A DNA stretch of 59,663 nt from the NCBI GenBank assembly GCA_003154095.1, contig PMCK01000061.1:1-59663 (forward strand). Direction: 5' to 3'. The number at the start of each line of letters is the position of its first letter. The stretch's first letter is position 1. This document shows positions 7,946 to 17,446 of the stretch, one piece after another. The notes below the pieces were generated by a model that did not search any database, was not told the origin of the DNA, and saw only the letters and a list, made by a program, of their open reading frames with translations. The position numbers and the translations under genes are program-made. The stretch comes from Myxococcales bacterium. Its GTDB lineage: Bacteria; Myxococcota_A; Polyangia; Polyangiales; Polyangiaceae.

Positions 7946-10826
7946 GTTTGTTTGGTTTGGGAGCCTTCGATTTGCCGGGCGAAGCTCCGGGTCTATCTGA
8001 AGTTGGTGCCTTGAAGCTTGCAGCACCTTGGTGCGGTGAGTCTGCTGTGGGTTTGGTTGCGCCGGAGTTTCCTGGTTTGGTTGCGCCGGAGTTTCCTGGC
8101 TTGGTCGCGCCGGAGTTTCCTGGCTTGGCCGGCGTCACATTCGACGGACCAGAAGTGGTACCTTGACCGCGCAGAGCATCACGCCACAGTTTTCCGCGCT
8201 CACTTTGCGTGGGGTTAGGTGGGTCGTCATCGCTGGACTTGCCCTGTGTGCGCTGGAGACGTGGGTCAGGCTTGGTTTGGCGCTGATTGGCATCATCGTT
8301 CGCCGCCTGCGCTTTGATCTGCTCTAGGTTCGCAAACTCTTGTGTGTGCGCGCGGTGGCCGAAATCCAAATTGGTGGCGCTCATCATCACCTGATTGCCA
8401 GTGAACTTCAGGTCACCCTTGCCTCCCTTGCCGTCTTCCCCTTGCCAGGTCTGGGTAACGCGATCGCCGTCCCGATCGGCTCGGCTCCATAGCTTCTTCT
8501 GCTGAGCCGTTTGCTTCGGAAGTCGAGCGGATTCGAGCCCATAGGCGTACCAGGCTCCGTTGTCGCCCTCGCGGGCTGATCGGTGAAAACGACCTGAGTC
8601 GCCATCGTGCATTGCCGGGCCATGCCCGGCGCGAAGTGGCGGCAGTTGAGCTTGCGTCATGTCGGCGAGTGTGACGCCGCCGTACAACACGCGAACACCC
8701 GTTGCGTCTCGGGACGCCAGAAGATCCATGCACTCCCAGTTTCGCTGTTGCCCGATCCAACGATTCTCCGAGATAAGCCCGATGCCATTGGGCACTTGCG
8801 TATCCGATGTACGTTTTGCCCAATCGTCGAAGCGGTATTTCTGTTCGACCTTCCCCCGATCGAGATCGGGCATGATGTCTTGATACGCCAGAAGTTGTGT
8901 CAGCAATGACCACTTCTGAAGCTCGTTTTGCAGATGATATTGTCGATCGTATTCGGATACCGACTCGAAATGGTTCGTCCACCAGTCGAGCACGTGGCGC
9001 ACGCCATCTTCCGGCACTGTCTCTTTGCCAGGTTCGAGCACGTTCGAAGCAGCACTAAATACACGGCTAACGACCGGTGCAAAATGCACCACAGAATAGT
9101 CATCGTTTCGCGAGATGCGATCACTGCGCGCACCAAACCAGAGCCTCGTCGAACTTTCATCCTTGTCGACGGCAAGGCCCTGCAGCGTCGAAAACCCAGG
9201 GAGCTGCCGAAGCGGGGCGGAACCCTGGTAATCCAGGCCTGCCCATAGCTTGGCGAGCAGGTCCGTGTAGAACAGATTCATTCCAGCGCGCGTCCCGGCA
9301 AGGGCTCCCTCGTAGCGTGCACACTGAACGCGATCCTGGGATTCGACGAAACCAAGTAGCCGAGAAATGAGGACGCCCTGGGGATTGCCTCCGGCGCCCA
9401 GTGAATTCCTAACCCGAACGAACTGGGGAAGGTTCACAACGCTCGCCGAGCCACCCGCGCGTGCTTCGGTAATGATGGAATCAATGGCCTTGACCACGCT
9501 TGGATGCAATTCGCCGACGCGATCGCTGCCAATTTGATCAATCAGTTGCAGCAGCTCGGACGCGGCGTCAACCGGCAGCGCTGCTCCCCGCTTCACGTTG
9601 TTCGAAATGCCGGGTATGTTCCGCGCCCGGGCGATGAGCTTCTCCGGGGTTTTCTTGAGCGTTTCCAGATCCGCAACTAGTCGTGCGACATCCCACTGGG
9701 GGTCCAGTGAAAAGCCGGGGCCTGCGTGGTGTTCCGACTCGCGTAGCGCCTTGTCAATCGCGCCCTCGTCAAGTTTCATTGCCTGCGCCGTCACCGGCGT
9801 AATTTTCGAGATCAACTCGTACTCGGCGTTCACGCAGTCGGCGGGGCTCGCACCTGCGCAGGAATCCAATGAGTGAGCCGAGGCATCGCCAAAAAGCTTG
9901 CCAAGCGTGGTCACCGCGCCGTCAAACGCGAGGACGTCTGGCTGCTGACCGGCTCTCACCCGGTTGACGTTTGCGTTGTACGCATCGACTAGCTGGCGTT
10001 GCGCCGCGTCGAGGCTGTTCAGATCGTGACCCAGACGATGCGCAGCCCGCATGCCTGGCCACGCAGCAAGCTGGCCTTGATACAACGCGCGCACGTCATC
10101 GACCGTCGTGCGGGGCACAGGAGTCTCCAGGTGGCGTCCACCCACCACAAATCCGTCCTCGGTCAGTTTGAAGAAATCCAGTTCTTCCGTGACCGACAAC
10201 CAGTGCTCCAATTCGGAAACCGAGCGCACTTTCTGCTCGACGTACCCGTAGGCTTCTGTGAAAAGGTCAGTTCCTCTGACCGTCCCCTGCCGATCGATGG
10301 TGATTGTGTGCCGGTCGGGGGCAATCGAGAATCGCCAGATATCAAACTCGTTGGGGGTCTGCCCAAGTTCGGCTCGGGACTTATCGGCGAGACGAGCCAA
10401 TGTCGTTCGCGGATGTGTGTCACTGCCCGGCACGAACAGCAGCGCCCGACTGGAACTGACGACAACGGTTCGCCCGGGGCCATATTCGAATACGCCGAGC
10501 GCCTCGAGCTGAGCTGTTCGAAGCAGGGGCCTTGCCGCGACTGCCTCGAGCAGACTCGGATCGCTTCGCGCAAGCTTGCCGACGGTAGCGGCAACCGCCC
10601 AATCCGCAAGCTGATCAGATTGTTCGTCCGCAGAAAGGCGACCCAGCGCATCGCCCATGCCCGATATGTCCACCCGGAGTTGCTCGATCGGCGGGGCTGT
10701 AAGAACTGCGGTCCCGCTGCGTACTGCCTTCGCAGGCGTAGAAGCTACGGAATGCCCGCAGGCACCGAGCGCCAACACCGAAATACTTGCCACGAGAAAA
10801 TGTCGAATGGCTGCTATCTTGCCCAT
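7902..10826 (-). CDS. Large lipoprotein of unknown function with K/P/G-rich repetitive C-terminal tail
   Basis: ORF 7902-10949. The preferred ATG at 10826 is preceded by GGAG. MGKIAAIRHFLVASISVLALGAC is a signal peptide plus lipobox. The tail contains 3x KPGNSGAT. No catalytic motif recognised. Confidence 0.75.
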   Translation of the reverse strand: MGKIAAIRHFLVASISVLALGACGHSVASTPAKAVRSGTAVLTAPPIEQLRVDISGMGDALGRLSADEQSDQLADWAVAATVGKLARSDPSLLEAVAARPLLRTAQLEALGVFEYGPGRTVVVSSSRALLFVPGSDTHPRTTLARLADKSRAELGQTPNEFDIWRFSIAPDRHTITIDRQGTVRGTDLFTEAYGYVEQKVRSVSELEHWLSVTEELDFFKLTEDGFVVGGRHLETPVPRTTVDDVRALYQGQLAAWPGMRAAHRLGHDLNSLDAAQRQLVDAYNANVNRVRAGQQPDVLAFDGAVTTLGKLFGDASAHSLDSCAGASPADCVNAEYELISKITPVTAQAMKLDEGAIDKALRESEHHAGPGFSLDPQWDVARLVADLETLKKTPEKLIARARNIPGISNNVKRGAALPVDAASELLQLIDQIGSDRVGELHPSVVKAIDSIITEARAGGSASVVNLPQFVRVRNSLGAGGNPQGVLISRLLGFVESQDRVQCARYEGALAGTRAGMNLFYTDLLAKLWAGLDYQGSAPLRQLPGFSTLQGLAVDKDESSTRLWFGARSDRISRNDDYSVVHFAPVVSRVFSAASNVLEPGKETVPEDGVRHVLDWWTNHFESVSEYDRQYHLQNELQKWSLLTQLLAYQDIMPDLDRGKVEQKYRFDDWAKRTSDTQVPNGIGLISENRWIGQQRNWECMDLLASRDATGVRVLYGGVTLADMTQAQLPPLRAGHGPAMHDGDSGRFHRSAREGDNGAWYAYGLESARLPKQTAQQKKLWSRADRDGDRVTQTWQGEDGKGGKGDLKFTGNQVMMSATNLDFGHRAHTQEFANLEQIKAQAANDDANQRQTKPDPRLQRTQGKSSDDDPPNPTQSERGKLWRDALRGQGTTSGPSNVTPAKPGNSGATKPGNSGATKPGNSGATKPTADSPHQGAASFKAPTSDRPGASPGKSKAPKPNKPKPKNPGQDPDPDP
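8050..8125. repeat. 24-bp tandem repeat x3 (codes KPGNSGAT x3 on the minus strand)
   Basis: ggtttggttgcgccggagtttcct repeated head-to-tail: two identical copies and a third with 2 substitutions. Confidence 0.9.
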
Positions 10827-11043
10827 ACTCGAATCACTCCATTGAGGCGCCCTGATCTCGAGAGCCCTTCGCAGATGCGTCTGCGCCTCGGACCTCGAAT
10901 CCCGTTTTGAGCCCAGCGTCTTTTCGCAGGGAAGCGGGGACCCTGTCAACCTGGACGTGTGAAGCCCTATTGGTCTGACAACAATTCCGTCCCGACGCTT
11001 TGATTCTCTCGAGTTCCGCGCCCCTGCCCCAGTTGTCTGCCCG

Positions 11044-11188
11044 TCCCGACGGCGGCATGCGGCGGGATCTTCGATGAACGAGCTATTGGCCCTGGGCCGA
11101 GCCTATCCAGCGCTCGCATCGTTGCTGCTGACAGCTTTCGTCGGGTATCTATTTTGGTTTCTTGCGTCACGGAAAAGTCAGAAAGCGC
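11044..11188. repeat. Copy B of the dispersed ~145-bp repeat (partner at 3981-4125)
   Basis: See copy A. The plus-frame small ORF here (11074-11259) reads MNELLALGRAYPALASLLLTAFVGYLFWFLASRKSQK, one hydrophobic helix followed by a basic patch. Confidence 0.7.
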
Positions 11189-11255
11189 CGCGACCATTCG
11201 TCCATCGTGCGATGCCCGAGACACCGACGAATCAGGAATGCTACCGGCGGGACGC

Positions 11256-11792
11256 ATGACCACGCCCAAACTCCCCTGCCCCTGCGGCAGCGGCAAAGAT
11301 TTCGCGAATTGCCACGGCAAGGCCGATGACGAAGACGATCCCAAGCCCGAACCCGAAGCCGACGCTCGGCAATACTCGCCCGCAACGCAAGGACAGCGAG
11401 GGCAACCTATTGAAATTCCCGCTCGATCGCGCCTCGAGCTCGTAGCCGGTCCATCCGCAGGCTGGGGAACATCGATAATCGTGCCGCCGTCATTTTGGAC
11501 GACTGAGGATGGGGGCGCATCGGACGCAGGCAGTTCGTACAATCAGGGCACACCCATCAACGTGCAGACTCACATCGAGTGTGATCAGGTCGAGCTTTCC
11601 TTCAGCGGAACCATCGCTAGCCTTGGCTTCACTGGTACGTTGCGGCTCGATCCGCCAGCTGCTGATCAGCTTATCGCGCACGTCGAGATGACAACGAACG
11701 GATCTGTGGCTCTCGCCGGGGATCACCCTGGAGAAGTTGACACAAGCAAGGAACTTGTGGTGCGACGTGGCTGGGTTCCCCGGCGCGAATAA
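11256..11792 (+). CDS. SEC-C motif (metal-binding) protein, otherwise unknown
   Basis: ATG at 11256 gives MTTPKLPCPCGSGKDFANCHGK, the SEC-C CPCGSGK..K.CHG signature at the extreme N-terminus. The longer ORF from 11154 runs through the dispersed repeat. Confidence 0.6.
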   Translation: MTTPKLPCPCGSGKDFANCHGKADDEDDPKPEPEADARQYSPATQGQRGQPIEIPARSRLELVAGPSAGWGTSIIVPPSFWTTEDGGASDAGSSYNQGTPINVQTHIECDQVELSFSGTIASLGFTGTLRLDPPAADQLIAHVEMTTNGSVALAGDHPGEVDTSKELVVRRGWVPRRE

Positions 11793-11887
11793 ACTCCCTT
11801 GGATGTACTTACTCGCCCGAAATGTCCTGCCTTCCCGCAATGCTGGTTTCAGAACAAAACGATTGTGTGGTAGGGACAGGCAGTCCT

Positions 11888-13702
11888 ATGTCCGCCATCC
11901 GCATCTTCATCAGCTACGCACACGAGGACGAGATTTGGCTCCGGCAATGGCTAGACGATAAGCAGCAGCTGAGGAACCGGCGGTATTTCCTGGATTTCTG
12001 GGATCGGTCATTGCGTGCCGAAAACGAGGAGTGCATCTTCTGGTGGGACGGCGCAGAGGAAGGCGGGTTGCGCGGTGGGGACCGCTGGCGCGCGCGCATC
12101 TTTGAGGAAATCGATTGTGCAGACGTGGTCGTATTGTTCATAACCCAGGATTTTGTGATCTCCCCATTTATCAAGCAAGAGGAGTTACCCCGGATCCTCG
12201 CTCGAGCCAAACGGGACGAAGTCGAGGTTGTCCCCATACTCTTAGCGCCGGCGCGGTGGGAGAAGCTCGATGTCCACGGCATGTTCCAGCTCACGCCTGG
12301 CAAGCCAACACCCCTGAGCCAATACTTGGACGCCAGCGAAAACGATTGGCACAATGCTCGTTTGGAGGTCGTCGAAGCGCTGATCACCGCAGTGCAGCGA
12401 GCCAAGAAGAGAAAACACGGCACCCCAATTCCACCAGCAGCGCGAACACCAGTACCGCCACAACCGCCACAACCGCCAGTGCCGTCACCACCGCCACCCC
12501 CATTCTGGCGATCCCAGTTCAAACGATTCAGACACCTTGCTGTGGGCGGCGTACTAATCGCCGCGGTGATCGCGGTCGCAATTTTCCTCCGGTGGCACCC
12601 GCGATCGCAGCCGCGGAGCATAGAACCGGTGGTGACGCGATCCTGGACAGCAGTCAGCACGGACGGTGCGCCGCCAGCAAGGCACTCACCGTCAGCGGTG
12701 TGGACCGGCGAGGAATACATCGTGTGGGGTGGGTCCGACGATTCGGTCCGTGACCACGCTATAAGCGGCGGCGCTCGATATAACCCCAAGACGCGGAAGT
12801 GGCGTCCGGTATCGACGGTGGGTTCGCCGCCCGGACAAATCGGTGTTGCTGCTTATTGGACCGGTTTGGAGATGCTGATTTGGGGAGGCATCAATACGAA
12901 TGCTGGCGGTCTGTACGATCCGAAGCACGATACCTGGAAGTCAACATCGCAAAAAGGAGCCCCTTCTCCAAGGAGCGTTTTCAATCCCGTTTGGACTGGA
13001 CAATATCTCTTCACTTGGGGTGGCTACGACGCGGCAACCATGATGAGCGTCGACACAGGGGGTCGTTACGATCCGAGGAGCGATAGCTGGACTCCCCTCC
13101 CAACTGAAGGCAATCCAGGCGCGCGTAGCTGTCACATGATGGTATGGACGGGGAAGTATATAGTCATCTGGGGAGGCTGGAACGGCACTCGCGGCCTCGC
13201 CACCGGGGGACGGTACGACATTCACGCGGATCGCTGGCTGCCTATGTCGGTGACGAATGCGCCCGCTCCACGGGGCTGCTACGCGGATTACGTTGTTTGG
13301 ACGGGCAAAGAAATGCTCGTGTGGGGGGGCGGGATAATGGGTGGCTTGGGCATCGGAGGCGTAATGCAAACAGGCGCGCGATACGATCCGGAAGCGGACG
13401 TCTGGCGCAACATCACCACTGCGGGTGCTCCTGAAGGTCGCGCGAATCACGGACTGCTCTGGACCGGCACGCGAATGCTTGTCTGGGGTGGCTCGATGCA
13501 TAGCTACCGATCCGCTCCAGGGCTTGCCACGGGCGGGCTATACGATCCGAACATCGACGCCTGGGAACCAATTACCGCCAACGGTACAGCTCCCATCGCG
13601 CGAACACGGTTCGCGGCCGTAAGAGGCGATATGAGCGTATTCATTTGGGGCGGCTCCGACAACAACGCTTTGCTAAGTGACGGAGCTCTACTCGGTCCAT
13701 AG
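11888..13702 (+). CDS. TIR domain - Pro-rich linker - single TM - seven-bladed Kelch-type beta-propeller
   Basis: MSAIRIFISYAHEDEIWLRQW ... VVVLFITQDFVISPFIKQEELPRIL (TIR). Linker PPQPPQPPVPSPPPPPF. TM LAVGGVLIAAVIAVAIFL. Seven units with W(T/S)G....(V/I/T)WGG. Confidence 0.85.
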   Translation: MSAIRIFISYAHEDEIWLRQWLDDKQQLRNRRYFLDFWDRSLRAENEECIFWWDGAEEGGLRGGDRWRARIFEEIDCADVVVLFITQDFVISPFIKQEELPRILARAKRDEVEVVPILLAPARWEKLDVHGMFQLTPGKPTPLSQYLDASENDWHNARLEVVEALITAVQRAKKRKHGTPIPPAARTPVPPQPPQPPVPSPPPPPFWRSQFKRFRHLAVGGVLIAAVIAVAIFLRWHPRSQPRSIEPVVTRSWTAVSTDGAPPARHSPSAVWTGEEYIVWGGSDDSVRDHAISGGARYNPKTRKWRPVSTVGSPPGQIGVAAYWTGLEMLIWGGINTNAGGLYDPKHDTWKSTSQKGAPSPRSVFNPVWTGQYLFTWGGYDAATMMSVDTGGRYDPRSDSWTPLPTEGNPGARSCHMMVWTGKYIVIWGGWNGTRGLATGGRYDIHADRWLPMSVTNAPAPRGCYADYVVWTGKEMLVWGGGIMGGLGIGGVMQTGARYDPEADVWRNITTAGAPEGRANHGLLWTGTRMLVWGGSMHSYRSAPGLATGGLYDPNIDAWEPITANGTAPIARTRFAAVRGDMSVFIWGGSDNNALLSDGALLGP

Positions 13703-13918
13703 AGATCGTGCCGTCGTATGAGGTCACCTCAGTCACGCACCGCAACCCGCCTCCCCAATATCAAGCCCACCGTTCGGCCCCCCTTTTCCGCTACTACGGC
13801 CACCGTCAATCTAATCCCATTGTTCCCCAGGCTTCCGCCCTGTTAGTCTCGTGGCCAATCGGCGGCGACCGCTTTTTGCTCTCGGCGCCTTACACTTGCG
13901 TGTGCTCAGACGTCGTCT

Positions 13919-14206
13919 ATGGTCGCGAAACTCAGCCCTACTGAACTCGACGAAATCCTGGCGCTCCAACTGACTGTTGCGTGGGCGGGCGAGTCTGCTG
14001 GTGAGCCTAAGCGGCTGGGTTGCTCAAGAGACGACTTCGAATCAATGATCGCGGGCCTTGGCAAGCCCAAAATCCAAGTGACGCCATCGGGGCGCCAGCT
14101 CGAAACAACCGTCAAGTCACCCGTCGAATTGGCACGACAATTGGCGGCCGCTCTATTGCCGCTCACCGCCGAATACCCCTTGCCTTACGCGGAGGTTTCG
14201 GCCTGA
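13919..14206 (+). CDS. Small hypothetical protein at the head of the BREX remnant (possibly BrxE-like)
   Basis: 95-aa ORF ending 2 nt before the brxA-like start. LQLTVAWAGESAGEPKRLG weakly recalls BrxE-family N-termini. The assignment is from memory only. Confidence 0.35.
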   Translation: MVAKLSPTELDEILALQLTVAWAGESAGEPKRLGCSRDDFESMIAGLGKPKIQVTPSGRQLETTVKSPVELARQLAAALLPLTAEYPLPYAEVSA

Positions 14207-14208
14207 CT

Positions 14209-15042
14209 ATGGCACCGGCGGTTGCTTCGTCATCCAGGCCGTCGAATTCGCCAATGCGAAGTCGAGTCCTGGAGGGCAATGTTCGTCCGGCGGAGACCAC
14301 AACCGTTCACACTCGCATTCTGCGGTGTATGCTGGCGCTGGACGACTCATACTCCTATTGGCAGCGTGTTGAAACCGCGGTGCCGATTGGGCAACGCGCT
14401 CGCGTCGCATTTGAATGCCGTTGGTTTGGCACCAAGAGCGAAGCTCGCATTCGCACTTTGATGACGGACATGGCTGAGCGCTTCGATGCTTACCCGGAGG
14501 CGCTCGCGATGCTGCACGAAGTCGGAACGGTGCCAGCGCAGTTGCGCCCTTTCATTTGCCACATCCACACCCAGCTCTCCGATCCCATCTATCGGCACTT
14601 TACCGGCGAACTGTTGCCGACACGGCGCGCTCAGGGTCAAACCACGATTGATCGAGATGGGGTTGCGCGTTGGGTTGACACTCTCGAACCCGGACGCTGG
14701 TCAGCGAGTACCTGCGTCAAGTTCGCATCCAACCTACTCGCGACGGCGGCTGATGTGGGTTTCGTCGTGGGCAAGAAAGATCCGAGAAAGCTCACGATTC
14801 CAGCGATCCCCGATTGGATTCTGGGGTACACACTCTATTTACTGCGTGACACACAAGTCGAGGGGACCCTCGAGAGCAATCCCTACCTGCGCTCGTTTGG
14901 CATTGATGGCAACGCCTTTCGAAGACTCGGTGCACGTGTGCCCGGTGTGCGGATCACCGAACTCGGTGGCGTAATCGATATCAATTGGCAGGAATCGAGT
15001 CTTCGTGACTGGGGCTTGCGGTACAGGGGAGGCAATCCGTGA
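14209..15042 (+). CDS. brxA: BrxA-like (DUF1819-like) BREX protein
   Basis: ATG at 14209 within ORF 14020-15042. Helical protein with IDRDGVARWVDTLEPGRWSASTCVKFASNLLATAADVGFV, matching the BrxA pattern (..WSesT.kk....l...L.eaGll). Its stop overlaps the brxB-like GTG (GTGA). Confidence 0.5.
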   Translation: MAPAVASSSRPSNSPMRSRVLEGNVRPAETTTVHTRILRCMLALDDSYSYWQRVETAVPIGQRARVAFECRWFGTKSEARIRTLMTDMAERFDAYPEALAMLHEVGTVPAQLRPFICHIHTQLSDPIYRHFTGELLPTRRAQGQTTIDRDGVARWVDTLEPGRWSASTCVKFASNLLATAADVGFVVGKKDPRKLTIPAIPDWILGYTLYLLRDTQVEGTLESNPYLRSFGIDGNAFRRLGARVPGVRITELGGVIDINWQESSLRDWGLRYRGGNP

Positions 15043-15224
15043 CCGCTTATCAGCATCCGACGGAGCTCAATCTTGCGCTGGACGCGCTACGCAAAGACTT
15101 GTTGCGCGAAGACGGGCCCCAGATCAGTACCGTCCGCAATTACAACTTCGCTATCTTGCCGTACGATCCTGAAGACGAGTTCGCACTGCGGGTAGCCATC
15201 AGTCGGCCCCGGATCTATCGGTGA
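15039..15224 (+). pseudogene. brxB: BrxB (DUF1788) N-terminal fragment, truncated after 61 codons
   Basis: ISTVRNYNFAILPYDPEDEFALRVAI matches the conserved BrxB N-terminal motif. As I recall, full-length BrxB is about 190-200 aa. Confidence 0.6.
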
Positions 15225-15228
15225 CACT

Positions 15229-15392
15229 ATGTTGATTCAAGATTACTTCGAAAAGGATGTCACCCGCGCGATCCCCCCGGTGGTCTACTTTCACGAGCAG
15301 GAACCCTCGGAACTCAAGCGTGAGGTGGAGGAATACATCATCACGGGGGGTTACCCGCCGGGCGATGGTCGCGCCACGGAGAGCAACGCGCG
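15229..15392 (+). pseudogene. Short fragment resembling the N-terminus of a BREX P-loop ATPase (BrxC/PglY type)
   Basis: MLIQDYFEKDVTRAIPPVVYFHEQEPSELKREVEEYIITGG follows the pattern ..F.kd..R.I.gVv.....d...l..El.EY.vT of BrxC N-termini. The frame then degenerates and no P-loop follows. Confidence 0.35.
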
Positions 15393-16253
15393 GTGGATCG
15401 CGCCGAAAACGCGCCTCTGCCGCCCTACGAACCCGATTACGACCCCCCGGCACCAGAGGCTCACGTTTCGTTTGCCATCGGTGTTGCACTCGGTCGTTTC
15501 GGTGCAAACAGCGAAGGCATTCTCGAAACCGCGCCCGATTCCGCGCTACCCGCCGGCATTCTGTTCATCAGCCCGCTCGATACAATGCCGGATTCCCTGT
15601 TGCACCCGGCGAGCGCAACCATCCTTTCCGCGTGGGACCAACAACAAACAGCAATAAATAGTGGCAAAAAGCAGCCCGTGCGGGATTGGCTGCGCAAGGA
15701 CTTTTTCACTTATCACAAGGCCCTGTACGAAAATCGCCCCATATATTTTCCGCTCAGCAGTGACAAGCGCAGCTTCGTTGCCTACGTGAGCATCCACCGC
15801 TGGTCGGACAACACACTGCAGACGCTGATCGCGGACCACCTGCGCCCCGCAATCCGTCAACTGGACGGCGAGATTCTGGACTTGAACCAAGCCCGCGCCA
15901 GCTCGGACAAGAAGACCGCGGCCGCCGCAGAAAAGCAGTATGCCACCGTCAAACGCCTGCACGATGAGCTAACTGACTTCATCGCGGCCGTAACCCAATG
16001 CGCCGAGCGCGGCGCGCCCCCCACCGATCCCAAATGCCCCCCGCGCAAAGCCGACGCCACCTTCCGCATGGACCTAGACGACGAGACAGCACGGTTGAGG
16101 CTACGGCGAGTCGCGAGAAGGAAATGGTGCGCCGGGAGCGGAAGGCTGCGAAGGTTGGTGTGGAGGAGGCGGATGAGCCTGTGGCAGATGACGCTGGCTG
16201 TGACATTGATTGACAGTCATTCACATTGCCGCAGCTGCAGAACTCGTGTATAA
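15393..16253 (+). pseudogene. pglX: C-terminal fragment of BREX methyltransferase PglX (methyltransferase domain absent)
   Basis: SFAIGVALGRFG, FFTYHKALYENRPIYFPLSSDKRSFVAYVSIHRW and ...FRMDLDD match the PglX C-terminal region (SYAvGCMFGRY, H...YkkRPIYW.fsS..g.F.al.Y.HRy, ID LDDGV). Homology breaks right after DLDD at about 16085. Confidence 0.65.
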
Positions 16254-16295
16254 GACTGACGTGGCAGCTGCACGCATGACCCAAAAGAAGGTCCC

Positions 16296-17198
16296 ATGGA
16301 CAAGCTGACCCGGGCATACTTTGAGCTGCAATTCAGGGTCTTGTTCTTCATCGACGCGAAAGGCAATGAATTTCAGTCTCTGTTCTCGCGCATTATGTCA
16401 ATGCGCTATCCAGCGGACTTCATGGCTGTTCGGCCATGGGGCAATGAGGGCGATCGGAAAAGCGACGGGTACCTGCCGTCTCGCAGGAACTTGTTCCAGT
16501 GTTACGCGCCCAACGATCTCAAGGCCGTGACCTGTGTCGCGAAAATCGAAGAGGACTTCACTGGTGCTATCTCACATTGGGAGCGTTATTTCGACATGTG
16601 GACGTTCGTTCACAATACGAAAGATCTTCCACCGCATGTCGTCGAAAAACTCCTGGAGTTAGAGACCCGGAATAAGGCCGTCAAAGTCAATCACTGGGGT
16701 TTCGAAGAGATTCGACACGAGCTCTTCCAGCTGGCGGAATGTGACCTATCGGCTCTACTGGGTCCCGCTCCGACACAAGCCACTGTGGTTGCATTGGGAG
16801 TGAATGACCTCGAGCCCATCCTTCGGCACATTGCGCAGCAACCGCCGACGTCAGCACCCGACCTTCGACCAGTACCTGCTGAAAAGCTCGCGTATAATCA
16901 GCTCTCCGACGATGCGGCAACCTTGCTCACAGCTGGGATGACCCGCGCGGACTTGTTGAGGAAATACTTCCGGCTTCGCCCGCGCGAACGGGACAGCATT
17001 GCGGAGACATTTAAACAAACCTATGAATGCCTGCGCGGGGACCGTCTACCGCCAGACGAGCTCTTGATGGGCCTGCGCAGCTTTGCCAGCGGCGGTCTTA
17101 GTCAGGCGACACCAGCAAGAGAAGCCGCAATCTTGGCAGTTCTTGCTTACTTCTTCGAAGAATGTGACATCTTCGAACGACCCGAGGCCGAGTCATGA
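16296..17198 (+). CDS. ABC-three-component (ABC-3C) system effector-type protein (REase-fold-like head + helical C-terminal domain)
   Basis: WGNEGDRKSDGY-x13-FQCYAP motif near the N-terminus. The position is immediately 5' of, and overlapping (ATGA), an ~80-aa middle component and a DUF2326-like ATPase. Confidence 0.6.
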   Translation: MDKLTRAYFELQFRVLFFIDAKGNEFQSLFSRIMSMRYPADFMAVRPWGNEGDRKSDGYLPSRRNLFQCYAPNDLKAVTCVAKIEEDFTGAISHWERYFDMWTFVHNTKDLPPHVVEKLLELETRNKAVKVNHWGFEEIRHELFQLAECDLSALLGPAPTQATVVALGVNDLEPILRHIAQQPPTSAPDLRPVPAEKLAYNQLSDDAATLLTAGMTRADLLRKYFRLRPRERDSIAETFKQTYECLRGDRLPPDELLMGLRSFASGGLSQATPAREAAILAVLAYFFEECDIFERPEAES

Positions 17199-17446
17199 TT
17201 CTACCGACCAAAGGCATTGCGCCGGATGTTGCGCTCTTGACCGTGGGTGGGAAGGTTCTGGCTCTGCTTGGAGAACCGAAAACTGTGTCGCGAGTCTGGG
17301 ATGAGCTGACGCGAAGCATGAAGACTCCGGCGAATATCACCTATGATTGGTTTGTGCTGGCATTGGATATGCTTCACGCGATGGGACTTCTCAAACTCGA
17401 TCGCGGTCGCCTGCATCGATGCGCGGTTTCCGAGGAGCCATCATGA
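17195..17446 (+). CDS. ABC-3C middle component (small helical protein)
   Basis: 83 aa with 4-nt overlaps to both neighbours. DVALLTVGGKVLALL...VSRVWDEL....ITYDWFVLALDMLHAMGLL fits the ABC-3C MC pattern. Confidence 0.55.
   Translation: MILPTKGIAPDVALLTVGGKVLALLGEPKTVSRVWDELTRSMKTPANITYDWFVLALDMLHAMGLLKLDRGRLHRCAVSEEPS

Noticed and set aside
8050-8125. 24-bp x3 tandem repeat as a CRISPR or regulatory array
   Set aside because: The units are head-to-tail without spacers and lie inside a long ORF, encoding KPGNSGAT x3.
9999-10910. 303-aa plus-strand ORF
   Set aside because: Antisense to the lipoprotein gene. It is R/S/C-rich and has no start context or motif, whereas the minus-strand ORF is three times longer with a lipoprotein signal.
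10827-10949. Longer N-terminus for the lipoprotein (start at 10949)
   Set aside because: The signal peptide and lipobox begin at the internal Met (10826), which has a GGAG upstream. The extension would bury the signal peptide.
11914-12789. 291-aa minus-strand ORF
   Set aside because: Antisense to the TIR and linker part of the TIR-TM-Kelch gene. Its G/T/C-rich stretch is the complement of the poly-Pro linker.
14020-14208. 5' extension of the brxA-like ORF
   Set aside because: It overlaps the preceding ORF, and its sequence (RINDRGPWQAQNPSD...RRIGTTIGGRS) looks like an out-of-frame read. ATG 14209 sits 2 nt after the upstream stop.
17347-17442. 5' extension of the ABC-3C ATPase ORF (start at 17347)
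   Set aside because: The extension overlaps the middle-component gene in another frame and reads as R/S-rich filler. ATG 17443 forms an ATGA overlap with the upstream stop. Even with the extension there is no Walker A.
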